Assembly: GCA_040235475.1 (NCBI GenBank)
Contig: JBECKY010000031.1
Coordinates: 3,293 to 67,292 of the forward strand
Length of the DNA stretch: 64,000 bases
Origin: Pseudomonadales bacterium
GTDB lineage: Bacteria; Pseudomonadota; Gammaproteobacteria; Pseudomonadales; UBA3067
Reading direction: 5' to 3'
This document shows positions 31,224-41,014 of the stretch, in pieces. The position numbers were made by a program, and so were the translations under genes. The notes under the pieces are model-generated. The model saw nothing but the letters and a program-made list of their open reading frames with translations, had not been told where the DNA came from and did not search any database. How positions within the stretch are numbered: the first letter of the stretch is position 1; each line of letters begins with the position of its first letter.

Positions 31224-32246
31224 TTACAAATACTTTTTTATCAACGCCTCGGCTATCTGAATACTGTTTAAAGCGGCACCTTTTCGCACATTATCAGACA
31301 CAATCCACATATTTAGACCCCTTGGGTGGGAAATATCATCCCGAATTCGACCGACAAAAACCGGATCTTTTCCGGCAGAATCTGGTATTGCGGTGGGGTA
31401 AGCGCCATCTTTTCTGCCATCCATCAATACCACACCGGGGGCTTCCGATAATAACTTCCTGGCCTGCTCTGTGGTGATTTTTTTCTCAGTTTCTATATGA
31501 ACAGCTTCAGAGTGGCTGTAAAAAACCGGCACTCGCACGCATGTAGGATTGACTTCAATCGTGTCATCGGCAAAAATTTTCTGGGTTTCCCAGACCATTT
31601 TCATCTCTTCCTTGGTGTATCCATTGTCCTGAAAAGCATCAATATGCGGCAAAACGTTAAAAGCAATTTGTTTTGGATACACATTACATTCAACGGGCTT
31701 ACCACTCATAAGCAGAACAGACTGCTTAGCCAGTTCTTCCACAGCTTCTTTACCTGTACCTGACACTGCCTGGTAAGTAGCCACATTAATGCGCTTGATA
31801 CGCGCCACATCGTGGATGGGCTTGAGTGCTACCAGCATTTGTATGGTTGAACAATTAGGGTTAGCAATAATATTACGCTTAACATATTGTGCAATGGCAG
31901 CCTCGTTCACCTCCGGCACCACCAAAGGTATGTCGTCGTCATAGCGAAAGTGTGAAGTGTTGTCGATGACTACGCAACCAGCATCAGCAGCCTTAGGCGC
32001 AAATTCGGCAGAAATACTACCACCAGCAGAAAACAAACCAATGTCAGCCTGGGAAAAATCAAAATCAGCCAGGTCCTGAATTTTGATTGACTGACCTTTA
32101 AACATAATGGTTTTTCCAGCTGATCGACTACTCGCTAAAGGGTATAGTTTACCTACTGGAAATTCTCTTTCTTCCAATATAGATATCAGGGTCTCGCCAA
32201 CCACACCGGTTGCACCAACTACAGCTACATCATAGGTTTTACTCAT
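31224..32246 (-). CDS. asd: Aspartate-semialdehyde dehydrogenase
   Basis: 340 aa with VAVVGATGVVG and the active-site cysteine block IANPNCSTIQ. Confidence 0.92.
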   Translation of the reverse strand: MSKTYDVAVVGATGVVGETLISILEEREFPVGKLYPLASSRSAGKTIMFKGQSIKIQDLADFDFSQADIGLFSAGGSISAEFAPKAADAGCVVIDNTSHFRYDDDIPLVVPEVNEAAIAQYVKRNIIANPNCSTIQMLVALKPIHDVARIKRINVATYQAVSGTGKEAVEELAKQSVLLMSGKPVECNVYPKQIAFNVLPHIDAFQDNGYTKEEMKMVWETQKIFADDTIEVNPTCVRVPVFYSHSEAVHIETEKKITTEQARKLLSEAPGVVLMDGRKDGAYPTAIPDSAGKDPVFVGRIRDDISHPRGLNMWIVSDNVRKGAALNSIQIAEALIKKYL

Positions 32247-32308
32247 TGCTTTTCCTGTTTACTTCTGTGTTGTTTATCAGTTGAATTTATTAAATTGTAT
32301 TAAACTCT

Positions 32309-33397
32309 TCATCCCAAGCTACGCTGCAAGGCGTCAACAACGGCCTGCCCCATGTCCCTGGTTGATACTTTTTCACAGCCTTCGGTAAAAATATCTGTAG
32401 TACGATAGCCTTGATCAAGCACTTGACTAACGGCATTCTCTATTTGATCTGCCACTTCTGCATTGGCAAATGTATAGCGTAGCATCATCGCAACAGATAG
32501 AATAGTTGCCAGTGGGTTGGCCGTACCCTGGCCGGCAATATCCGGAGCCGAACCATGGCAGGGTTCGTACATACCTTTACCCTGCACATCCAGTGAAGCT
32601 GAAGGCAGCATGCCAATTGAACCGGTTAGCATCGCCGCAGCATCTGATAAAATATCACCGAACATATTACCGGTTACAATCACATCAAATTGTTTTGGCG
32701 CTCTCACCAGTTGCATCGCAGCATTATCCACATACATATGACTGAGTTCGACATCAGGGTAATCCTTGGCAACATCATCCATAATTTCACGCCAAAGTTC
32801 GGTTACTTCCAGCACATTGGCTTTGTCCACAGAACAAAGTTTATGATTGCGCTTTTCAGCTAAATCAAATGCAAGCTTGCCAATGCGGCGTATTTCAGAT
32901 TCGGAATATACATAGGTATTATAACCTTCACGCTCGCCATTTTCTAAAGTGCGAATCCCCCGAGGTTTGCCAAAATAAATACCACCGGTAAGTTCTCGCA
33001 CAATAAGAATATCAAGCCCGGACACCACTTCAGGTTTTAAACTCGACGCGGCTACTAGCTGTGGGTAAAGAATCGCTGGGCGCAAGTTAGCAAACAATCC
33101 CAGTGATGAACGAATCCCGAGTAAACCTTTCTCGGGTCGTATTGCCATCTCCAAAGCTTCCCATTTAGGTCCACCAACAGCGCCTAATAAAATCGCATCC
33201 GCAGCTTTGGCTTTAACAAGGGTTTCTTCAGGTAAAGGGGTACCGCTTGCATCAATGGCGGCACCGCCAATCAGCGCTTCTTCAAGCTGAAGATTTAAGC
33301 CATTCTGTTGCTTGACGGTTTCAAGAACCTTGACGGCTTCAGAAACAATTTCCGGGCCAATACCATCACCGGGTAAAATTAAGATTTTTTTTGCCAT
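32309..33397 (-). CDS. leuB: 3-isopropylmalate dehydrogenase
   Basis: [21 protein letters not shown] and [10 protein letters not shown]. The track ORF begins at the TTG at 33409. The ATG at 33397 ([12 protein letters not shown]) fits the usual N-terminus. Confidence 0.93.
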   Translation of the reverse strand: MAKKILILPGDGIGPEIVSEAVKVLETVKQQNGLNLQLEEALIGGAAIDASGTPLPEETLVKAKAADAILLGAVGGPKWEALEMAIRPEKGLLGIRSSLGLFANLRPAILYPQLVAASSLKPEVVSGLDILIVRELTGGIYFGKPRGIRTLENGEREGYNTYVYSESEIRRIGKLAFDLAEKRNHKLCSVDKANVLEVTELWREIMDDVAKDYPDVELSHMYVDNAAMQLVRAPKQFDVIVTGNMFGDILSDAAAMLTGSIGMLPSASLDVQGKGMYEPCHGSAPDIAGQGTANPLATILSVAMMLRYTFANAEVADQIENAVSQVLDQGYRTTDIFTEGCEKVSTRDMGQAVVDALQRSLG

Positions 33398-33432
33398 ATT
33401 TGTCTTCAACTTTTCACCTACAAAAACTAAAC

Positions 33433-34080
33433 TTATTTTAAACTATCAAACAACCAGGGCTGTTGTTTTTTTCTGCGCGCTTCAAAGACTTGAATGGCTT
33501 CCTCATCCTGCAAAGTAATGCCAATATCATCAAGGCCGGCAAGCAAACAGTGCTTCCTGAAGGCATCAACAGCAAAGTTTATAAGCTCTCCTGAAGGCGT
33601 TGTTACGGTTTGCTGCTGCAAATCAATCTTTAAACGATAACCTTCCTGAACTTCAACTTCAGTAAATAATTGCTCAATTTTTTCTTCGTCTATAAGAATC
33701 GGCAGAATACCATTTTTAAAACAATTATTGAAAAAAATGTCCGCATAGCTTGAAGCAATAATACACCTAAAGCCGTAATCCAACAAAGCCCAGGGGGCAT
33801 GCTCACGACTGGAGCCACAGCCAAAGTTTTGTCGTGTCAGTAAAATTTCAGCACCTTGGTAACGTGGCTGGTTGAGTACAAAATCACTATTCAAGGGGCG
33901 CTGACTGCAATCCTGTCCGGGCTGCCCTTCATCAAGATATCGCCACTCATCAAATAAATTAGGGCCAAAACCAGTGCGTTTAATAGATTTCAAAAATTGT
34001 TTTGGAATAATTTGGTCGGTATCCACGTTGGCTCGATCCAAGGGGGCTACCAGGCCATTTACTGAGGTAAATTTTTCCAC
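33433..34080 (-). CDS. leuD: 3-isopropylmalate dehydratase small subunit
   Basis: 215 aa with [16 protein letters not shown]. Confidence 0.93.
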   Translation of the reverse strand: MEKFTSVNGLVAPLDRANVDTDQIIPKQFLKSIKRTGFGPNLFDEWRYLDEGQPGQDCSQRPLNSDFVLNQPRYQGAEILLTRQNFGCGSSREHAPWALLDYGFRCIIASSYADIFFNNCFKNGILPILIDEEKIEQLFTEVEVQEGYRLKIDLQQQTVTTPSGELINFAVDAFRKHCLLAGLDDIGITLQDEEAIQVFEARRKKQQPWLFDSLK

Positions 34081-34132
34081 GAACGCTGCCTCTCTTTTAA
34101 TTTAGCAAATCTAAGGATAATTTAATGAATAG

Positions 34133-35548
34133 TTACAATTGGTTGCTGACATCTACAAAGTGGCCGGCTATGGCCGCCGCAGCAGCCATAGCCGGGCTTA
34201 CCAGGTGCGTACGTCCACCGTGCCCTTGCCTGCCTTCAAAGTTACGATTGGAAGTGGATGCACAATGCTCACCGGCACCCAAACGATCAGCATTCATAGC
34301 CAGACACATGGAACAACCCGGCTCACGCCATTCAAGCCCGGCTGCGGTGAAAATTTTATCCAGCCCTTCCGCTTCGGCCTGCTGTTTAATCAGGCCCGAA
34401 CCAGGTACAACCAGAGCCTGTTTAATAGTACTCGCCACTTTACGGCCTTGCACCACTTTCGCGGCTATGCGTAAATCTTCAATGCGCGAATTAGTACAGG
34501 AACCAATAAATACCCGATCTAGTTTGATATCCGTAATTTTCATCCCTGGCTGGTAGCCCATGTATTCGTAGGCACGCTCCATACCCTGTTTTTTAACGGC
34601 ATCGGTTTCAAATTCTGGATTTGGAATAAATTCATCCACCGCCACAACCATTTCCGGTGACGTTCCCCAGCTGACCTGGGGTTTTATGCTCGCGGCATCA
34701 ATTTCAACAATGCTGTCAAACACCGCATCTTTATCACTGCGCCAATACTGCCAGCTGGCAACTGCATCGTCCCACTGCTGCCCTTTCGGGGCATAAGGCC
34801 GACCTTTGACAAATTCGACCGTCGTTTCATCAACGGCAATCATACCTGCTCTGGCACCGGCTTCAATGGCCATATTGCATACGGTCATTCGGCCTTCCAT
34901 GCTCAAGCCACGGATAGCTGACCCGGCGAACTCAATGGCATGACCATTACCGCCGGCCGTACCAATTTTTGCAATAACCGCCAAAATAAGATCTTTTGCT
35001 GACACAGCCTTGTTTAACTCACCCTCGATATTAACCAGCATGTTTTTCATTTTACGTTGTATCAGACATTGTGTAGCCAATACATGCTCCACTTCAGAGG
35101 TGCCAATGCCATGGGCCAGAGCGCCAAAAGCACCGTGGGTTGCCGTATGGGAGTCACCACAAACAATGGTCATACCTGGAAGCGTCGCCCCTTGTTCCGG
35201 GCCAATGACATGCACAATGCCCTGACGCACATCGTTCATGGGAAATTCCAAAATGCCAAAATCAGCGCAATTGTCATTCAGGGTTTGTACCTGAATACGA
35301 GATACCGGATCTTCAATGCCTTCAATGCCAGCCGCCTGGCCTGTTGTCGGCACATTGTGGTCGGGGGTCGCAAGGTTTGCGTCAATTCTCCAGGGTTTGC
35401 GGTTCGCCAGGCGTAAACCCTCAAAGGCCTGCGGCGAGGTGACCTCATGAAGTAAATGACGATCTATATAGATAAGCGCAGTGCCGTCTTCACGCTCTTT
35501 AACCAAATGATCTTCCCAGAGCTTGTCATATAAGGTTTTACCGGCCAT
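34133..35548 (-). CDS. leuC: 3-isopropylmalate dehydratase large subunit
   Basis: 471 aa with the aconitase-family Fe-S ligand blocks [26 protein letters not shown] and [13 protein letters not shown] lies upstream of the ATG. Confidence 0.95.
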   Translation of the reverse strand: MAGKTLYDKLWEDHLVKEREDGTALIYIDRHLLHEVTSPQAFEGLRLANRKPWRIDANLATPDHNVPTTGQAAGIEGIEDPVSRIQVQTLNDNCADFGILEFPMNDVRQGIVHVIGPEQGATLPGMTIVCGDSHTATHGAFGALAHGIGTSEVEHVLATQCLIQRKMKNMLVNIEGELNKAVSAKDLILAVIAKIGTAGGNGHAIEFAGSAIRGLSMEGRMTVCNMAIEAGARAGMIAVDETTVEFVKGRPYAPKGQQWDDAVASWQYWRSDKDAVFDSIVEIDAASIKPQVSWGTSPEMVVAVDEFIPNPEFETDAVKKQGMERAYEYMGYQPGMKITDIKLDRVFIGSCTNSRIEDLRIAAKVVQGRKVASTIKQALVVPGSGLIKQQAEAEGLDKIFTAAGLEWREPGCSMCLAMNADRLGAGEHCASTSNRNFEGRQGHGGRTHLVSPAMAAAAAIAGHFVDVSNQL

Positions 35549-35624
35549 TTTTTGTCTCCATCTAAAATTATCGAGATTTCACCTACTGGGTAGGTATATT
35601 AAGCTTGCATATTGAATAACACAA

Positions 35625-35665
35625 ATCTATAATTTTTATAGATTCTATTCTTATTAGGAATAGAA
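35625..35665. promoter_or_regulatory. Two adjacent perfect 8-bp inverted repeats in the leuC / LysR divergent promoter region (candidate LysR operator)
   Basis: ATCTATAA-ttt-TTATAGAT at 35625-35643, immediately followed by TTCTATTC-ttattag-GAATAGAA at 35643-35665. Both arm pairs are exact reverse complements. Confidence 0.5.
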
Positions 35666-35757
35666 GATAAGTGTCCCTAAAAGTATAAACTTAGACCACT
35701 TTCTATCGACTGGAAACAACTTTTCCAATTCTTAACAAAACAGTGCGCTAAAAACTC

Positions 35758-36627
35758 ATGGATCAACATTCATTATTGGCGTTTATAGCCGTAGCAGAAC
35801 AGGCATCGTTTTCTTTAGCCGCAGAGCAACTCCACCTGACACAACCTGCGGTGAGCAAGCGCATTTCAACCTTGGAAGAGCAGCTGGGTAGCAAGTTATT
35901 TGACCGTATTGGTCGCCACACAACGCTTACCGAACCCGGTGAAGCCCTGCTACCCAGAGCCAGAAATATTTTACTGGAAATGGAAGATGCCCGCAGGGCG
36001 ATGTCGAATTTAAACACGGAAGTAAGCGGCATTTTAAATACCGGCACCAGCCACCATATTGGCTTGCACCGCTTGCCGCCCTATTTAAAAAAATATACCA
36101 GCGCCTACCCACAGGTTAAGCTTAATCTTAAATTTATCGATTCTGAACAGGCTTACGACAAGGTTTTGCAGGGCGAACTTGAACTGGGTATTGTCACTCT
36201 CCCACCCAAGGCTGAAGGAGAACTGCAAAGTTTTACCATTTGGCCAGACCCACTGGATTTTGTTATTGCCCCGAATCATCCCTTAACAAAGAAAAAGAAC
36301 TTATCGCTGGCAGAGCTGGTGAAATACCCTGCGGTATTACCCAGCGCCAATACTTTTACCCGACAAATTGCTGAAGAATTGTTTAAAGCACGGCAACTGG
36401 AAATTGATACAGTGGTATCAACCAATTATCTGGAAACCTTAAAAATGATGGTTGAGGTGGGCTTGGGCTGGAGTATCTTGCCAAGAACCATGGTAGATAA
36501 ATCAATTAAAACTTTAAAACTTCGCAATCTAGCCCTGGAAAGAAACCTGGGCTGTGTTTACCACCCTAAAAGGTCTTTATCCAATGCGGCAAAATGTCTG
36601 ATTAATTGTTTGCAGCAAAAACTATAG
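35758..36627 (+). CDS. LysR-family transcriptional regulator, divergent from leuCDB
   Basis: 289 aa with an N-terminal winged helix-turn-helix SFSLAAEQLHLTQPAVSKRISTLEEQLG and a C-terminal substrate-binding fold. Confidence 0.88.
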   Translation: MDQHSLLAFIAVAEQASFSLAAEQLHLTQPAVSKRISTLEEQLGSKLFDRIGRHTTLTEPGEALLPRARNILLEMEDARRAMSNLNTEVSGILNTGTSHHIGLHRLPPYLKKYTSAYPQVKLNLKFIDSEQAYDKVLQGELELGIVTLPPKAEGELQSFTIWPDPLDFVIAPNHPLTKKKNLSLAELVKYPAVLPSANTFTRQIAEELFKARQLEIDTVVSTNYLETLKMMVEVGLGWSILPRTMVDKSIKTLKLRNLALERNLGCVYHPKRSLSNAAKCLINCLQQKL

Positions 36628-36819
36628 CGGCCCACCATAAAGCTACAATGCAAGCTCAGTGTTAAGGTAAAGCACCGGTAATAGCTCCGGTGTCATCAAC
36701 ATCAAAGGTGATATTGATACCGTGATTGAAATCATCAAGCCGTATTGTTGATGTGCCTGCGGCAGAAAATGTTAATACTGATTGACTCGCAAGCAAATCA
36801 AAACCTTGAACAGTAGAAA

Positions 36820-37557
36820 CTATTTGATAGCATAAACAAGCGTTACCGCTGTTTCAGTGTCGGTACGTTCAAAACCTAGCGGCACTACATCCACATACTT
36901 CACTTTATAGGAAACTTTCATCGCCAATTGGCCAGCAATTTGTGTGCTTAATGACGATTCGGAGCGCGAAATGCTGTTATCGTCGCCTTCTTCATGACTG
37001 ACCAGCTGATTAAACTTGGCACTATCGGAAATTTTCCATTCATAGTGTGTAGCAAGTTTTACCACCGCTTCTTCCTGCTTGTCGCCATTTTCAAGTTTAC
37101 TGGCGCGGTAACCAGGACCAATTTCAATATCCCAATTGTGAATATCATTATGAATTAATTTACGGCCATAACCGATGCTCGTACCGGTTTGGTTTTCAAA
37201 ACCGCTGAAGCGATCTTTTTCGTAATCCACATCCCAGAAGGTATAATCGTTTTGATTAAAGTTATATTGCAGCTTGTTATAGGTGCTGTATTTTTCAGAG
37301 CTTCTAATACCATCCTGCTTTGAATTTAAAGCATCAATTTTGTAATTATCAGCCCAGGCACTCCAGCTTTTCTTAATATCCAGTTTTGCGTTTACAGTTT
37401 TGGTTTTGGAATTACCTGCTGTAGATACAAACCCCAGCTCAGCACCACCTTCCCAACTGTTTTCACCCTCAGCTGCAAAGTTAAAGCCTGATAGAGCAGC
37501 ACTTATAGTAACACCAGCTATTGTGCAAACTGCTTTTCTTGGTGACAGGCCGAACAT
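36820..37557 (-). CDS. DUF481-type outer-membrane beta-barrel protein (YdiY-like)
   Basis: A signal peptide, then WEGGAELGFVSTAGNSKTKT and an alternating beta-strand pattern. The start is set at the ATG at 37557, preceded by GGAGA 5 nt upstream. The track ORF starts at the TTG at 37590. Confidence 0.72.
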   Translation of the reverse strand: MFGLSPRKAVCTIAGVTISAALSGFNFAAEGENSWEGGAELGFVSTAGNSKTKTVNAKLDIKKSWSAWADNYKIDALNSKQDGIRSSEKYSTYNKLQYNFNQNDYTFWDVDYEKDRFSGFENQTGTSIGYGRKLIHNDIHNWDIEIGPGYRASKLENGDKQEEAVVKLATHYEWKISDSAKFNQLVSHEEGDDNSISRSESSLSTQIAGQLAMKVSYKVKYVDVVPLGFERTDTETAVTLVYAIK

Positions 37558-37629
37558 AGTTATCTCCTGAAATAATATACTGAAGTTCAAGTGCGCCTAT
37601 AATTAACGACTCTGCCCATTAGTACTGCT

Positions 37630-38388
37630 CTAAAATGCTAATCGGGCCAGCACATCATAAAGGCCATTGGGCAATGCCCTAAGTAATTTCACTCCCCAGT
37701 GCATCGGCCAGGGAAAGCCATAAACTTTCTTTTCTTTTTCGATAGCCTTGATAATCATCGCTGCCGCAACATCAGCTTCCAGCACCATTGGCATCGCCAT
37801 TTTTACGCCCTCGGTCATCGGTGTTTTAATGTAACCCGGACAGATCGTGGTGACCCTGATATTTTTGTTGGCGTATTCTACCCGCAGCGACTCAAGAAAA
37901 CTACTTAAGGCAGCTTTGGTTGCAGAGTATACTGAGCTTTGTGGCAAGCCCCGATACGATGCCAGACTGGAGACACCCACCAATTGTCCGCCACCCTGCT
38001 CAAGCATAATCTCCAGCCCTGCCAGTAAAGCGTACATAGCGCCTTTTAAATTCACATCGACCATTTTATCAACATGATGAAGCGCAATTTTGTGGGCCGG
38101 CTTCAAAATGCCAACACCGGCATTGGCAATAAGGACATCCAAACCACCCATATCACGAGAAGCCTTCTGCACAGCTTGTTTTACTGCTGCTGAATCCTGA
38201 ATATCAACAGGTAGCACGATAGCCTGCCCGCCGTCATTTTGAATTTCCTTGGCCAAGGTTCTTAACTTATCTTCACTGCGGGCCAAAAGTGCTACATAAC
38301 AGCCTTTTTCACCCAGCGCTCTGGCAATTGCGTAACCCATGCCGGTGGACGCACCGGTAATCAAAATTCTTTTCCCTTCCAGCTGCAT
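37630..38388 (-). CDS. Short-chain dehydrogenase/reductase (SDR)
   Basis: Cofactor motif ITGASTGMG, NAG, and catalytic YSATKAAL. The ATG at 38388 is preferred over the TTG at 38400. Confidence 0.88.
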   Translation of the reverse strand: MQLEGKRILITGASTGMGYAIARALGEKGCYVALLARSEDKLRTLAKEIQNDGGQAIVLPVDIQDSAAVKQAVQKASRDMGGLDVLIANAGVGILKPAHKIALHHVDKMVDVNLKGAMYALLAGLEIMLEQGGGQLVGVSSLASYRGLPQSSVYSATKAALSSFLESLRVEYANKNIRVTTICPGYIKTPMTEGVKMAMPMVLEADVAAAMIIKAIEKEKKVYGFPWPMHWGVKLLRALPNGLYDVLARLAF

Positions 38389-38445
38389 AAAAGCTCTCAA
38401 ATTATATTTCGAAATGTGCTTGGTTTTTTTAACGTCGTTAATGCC

Positions 38446-39423
38446 TTAAGCCGATACGCCAGCTTGGTGATTTTTTTGCTCAATAGCCTGCAAAAAATCT
38501 GTAATGATAAGATTTACTTTTCCAGGATTTTCAAGATGAGCAAAGTGGCCAAGGTTTTCCAGCACCATCAGCTGAGTATCAGGATGGGGGTAGCAGGCTT
38601 CACTACCTGCAAACATCTCGGCTCCAATACATTCATCGCTTGCACCAACCAGTAATAAGCAGGGGCATGATCTCTTTTTAAGTAGTAATTGGTGCTGCCG
38701 AATAATTGAACTGCCACGCAACATATAAAATGGATTAAGCAAATGCCGGTAATAAGCCATGCCGTTTTCAAGGCAGCGCCCCTCTGCTAAGGTTTGCAGG
38801 CTTCGTTTTAATTGAATTTGTTGTTCTAACTCTTCGGCAGTCCAGGGCGACCAGCGTTGCCACAAGGTTTTAATGTAAGCAAGCTTGGCCTTTCTGATCG
38901 TCTTTGCAACCCCCAAACCCTGAAAATACATCATGTATCGGGATCGAAACATTTGCTTAAGACTAAGATTGCGATAAAAGGAACCCATGGGTGGCACGGC
39001 ATAAAGCACTGCTTGATCAATTTGATAGACTGCCTGCGGGCTCTCATCGTTCAGGGCAATAAGCATTTGAGCAAGCAAAGAGCCCCAGTCATGGCCAATA
39101 AGCTTTATAGCTTCCCCCGGCACAAGGCTGGTCAAAAATTCATCGATCATTTTACCTATGCCAAGCATAGAAGCATCAGTGACTTTAAACGGGCCATCGG
39201 CTTTGCGGGGTAAACAAGATTCGCCATAACCTGGCATAAAAGGAACAATACAACGGTAACCCGCCGCATTCAGTACCGGCACAAGATGAGAGAAGGTCAG
39301 CGGTGTATCAGGAAAGCCGTGAAACAGCACAACCGCTGGCCCCTCACCGATATCAAAATAGGCCAGCGTACCTAAGGATGTTTGAAATTTTTTTATTATT
39401 GTGTTTTCCATGCTTGCTCGCAT
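38446..39423 (-). CDS. Alpha/beta hydrolase, epoxide-hydrolase-like
   Basis: 325 aa with HGFPDTP and the nucleophile elbow GHDWGS (an Asp nucleophile, as in the epoxide hydrolase / haloalkane dehalogenase class), and a C-terminal GHF..LE. Confidence 0.75.
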   Translation of the reverse strand: MRASMENTIIKKFQTSLGTLAYFDIGEGPAVVLFHGFPDTPLTFSHLVPVLNAAGYRCIVPFMPGYGESCLPRKADGPFKVTDASMLGIGKMIDEFLTSLVPGEAIKLIGHDWGSLLAQMLIALNDESPQAVYQIDQAVLYAVPPMGSFYRNLSLKQMFRSRYMMYFQGLGVAKTIRKAKLAYIKTLWQRWSPWTAEELEQQIQLKRSLQTLAEGRCLENGMAYYRHLLNPFYMLRGSSIIRQHQLLLKKRSCPCLLLVGASDECIGAEMFAGSEACYPHPDTQLMVLENLGHFAHLENPGKVNLIITDFLQAIEQKNHQAGVSA

Positions 39424-39812
39424 TTTAAACGGCCATGAGCTTAACTAATAAGTATATTAAGCGTTTAATTTTATGCCCTGAGAGCTTAACCCAGGCTTAT
39501 AAGAGATTCAATCAAACTGGAAAACTGGGCATTTGTACCCATCAACAGTGGAAAAAATGTTTAACAGTTCCTATATTGAACATAATAGTAGTCTTACAAC
39601 TGGACAACAGGCCCATCACTTAGATATAAACTTAATATAGAACAACAGGATACTGCCCTAAGTAGTTAAATTTAAGGCGCAATAATAAAATTCAAACTGC
39701 TATTTTAAACGACTAAGGAAACGCCAGGTAGAAAAGGTTTAGAAAAGGCCAGATTCAATAAACCAGATTATAGCGCACTTAGATAAAATTCAGATACAAC
39801 ATCAGGAGTACC

Positions 39813-40343
39813 ATGAAAAAATTAATCGCCAAAGCAGGCTTGTTTAGCCTTTTACTAACACTGATGACTGGGGCACATGGAGTTGAAGAACCCTTCTGGG
39901 GCATTGGGCAAAGCATGTACACTCTGGAAGCAGACAATTCTTCTGGTAACAATCTTGAATTTGACATGGACGGCTTTCGCTTTACCCTTGGCAGCAAACT
40001 CAGCAATTATTTTGGCCTTGAGACCCGTATTGTTTTTCCCGGTCATGGAGACGGCGATGGGGGCGTAAGTTTAAATCCTAAATTTATCGGAAGCATTCTT
40101 GCTAATCTGCATCTGCCAGTCGGGCCGGTCTCAGTTTATCTCAACGGTGGTTATTCAGTTGCGGAGTTTGAGCTTCAATTTAGTGACATGACTTTTGATG
40201 AAGAAGGTCTTTCATATGGCGCTGGTGCCACGATTGATTTACTGGATAACCTGGCCATTTATGCCGATGTCACGACCTATCTAGACAAAGATGAGTTCAG
40301 CCTAAACAGCGTCAGTGCTGGCATCAGGTTTTTGATTAATTAA
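39813..40343 (+). CDS. Small outer-membrane beta-barrel protein
   Basis: 176 aa with a signal peptide (MKKLIAKAGLFSLLLTLMTGAHG), Gly/aromatic-rich alternating strands and an aromatic-containing C-terminal strand SAGIRFLIN. Confidence 0.6.
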   Translation: MKKLIAKAGLFSLLLTLMTGAHGVEEPFWGIGQSMYTLEADNSSGNNLEFDMDGFRFTLGSKLSNYFGLETRIVFPGHGDGDGGVSLNPKFIGSILANLHLPVGPVSVYLNGGYSVAEFELQFSDMTFDEEGLSYGAGATIDLLDNLAIYADVTTYLDKDEFSLNSVSAGIRFLIN

Positions 40344-40453
40344 TTTCAATTTTCTTTTTAAAGCAGCAGTCATAGTTTATTAAAAATAACCCATGTTCGC
40401 TGTTTTTTTAGTTAATGTTCAAACTCCCTATTTACATACTGTTAAGCCAAGAA

Positions 40454-41014
40454 CTATTTTTCAAACACAACCTTCACATTCACGTAACCACTTTTAGACT
40501 GCCCACCTCTACCTTGTTCAGCATCCACAGTAGCACTACTGATATTTAAGCCTTTATCAATAACCAGTGTGTTCATCCAGATAATCGCCACGTCAAAAGG
40601 TACATCTTCCAACCAAACCCTGAGTTTATTATCACCATCAGGCTCGTAACGCTTCAAGGCCAGAGCAGAACGCCTGGCCTCATCGTTTACCAGCGTGAGC
40701 AGTGAAACGTTAGCACTGACCAGGGGCTTATTACCGCTTTCCCTTGCAGCAAGGACATTACTTTCCTGGGCCTTCATCCAGGCCAATAAAGATTGTTCAG
40801 CCTGGTATTGTTTTTTAGCTTTTTCAACACTGGCATTTAATGGCGCCCATAACAATGAATAAAGCATAAACGCGCTTAAAAAAACCACCAGAATAACTGC
40901 TGCGGCTTGATCCCTCTTACTTAGCCTGGCAAAGGTTTCGCTGATTTTATCTATGTAAGGCTGTAAGGCAGATTCAAGCGGTGCAAAAGCAGCAGATAAA
41001 AAATTCAATTTCAT
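40454..41014 (-). CDS. gspM: Type II secretion system protein M
   Basis: 186 aa with one transmembrane helix after a short cytoplasmic N-terminus. Last gene of the gspE-M array, overlapping gspL by 1 nt. Confidence 0.75.
   Translation of the reverse strand: MKLNFLSAAFAPLESALQPYIDKISETFARLSKRDQAAAVILVVFLSAFMLYSLLWAPLNASVEKAKKQYQAEQSLLAWMKAQESNVLAARESGNKPLVSANVSLLTLVNDEARRSALALKRYEPDGDNKLRVWLEDVPFDVAIIWMNTLVIDKGLNISSATVDAEQGRGGQSKSGYVNVKVVFEK

Noticed and set aside
34125-34556. 143-aa and 111-aa plus-strand ORFs antisense to leuC, and 119-aa and 71-aa ORFs further in
   Set aside because: leuC carries unambiguous aconitase-family Fe-S motifs on the minus strand. The antisense ORFs are Ala/Pro/Arg-rich artefacts.
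36665-36800. Minus-strand open frame ending ..TFSAAGTSTIRLDDFNHGINITFDVDDTGAITGALP*, in the gap between the LysR gene and the DUF481 gene
   Set aside because: There is no ATG or GTG start. Only a weak TTG gives about 44 aa, a stop lies just upstream in frame, and no motif is recognisable. It could be a gene remnant, but I cannot support a call.
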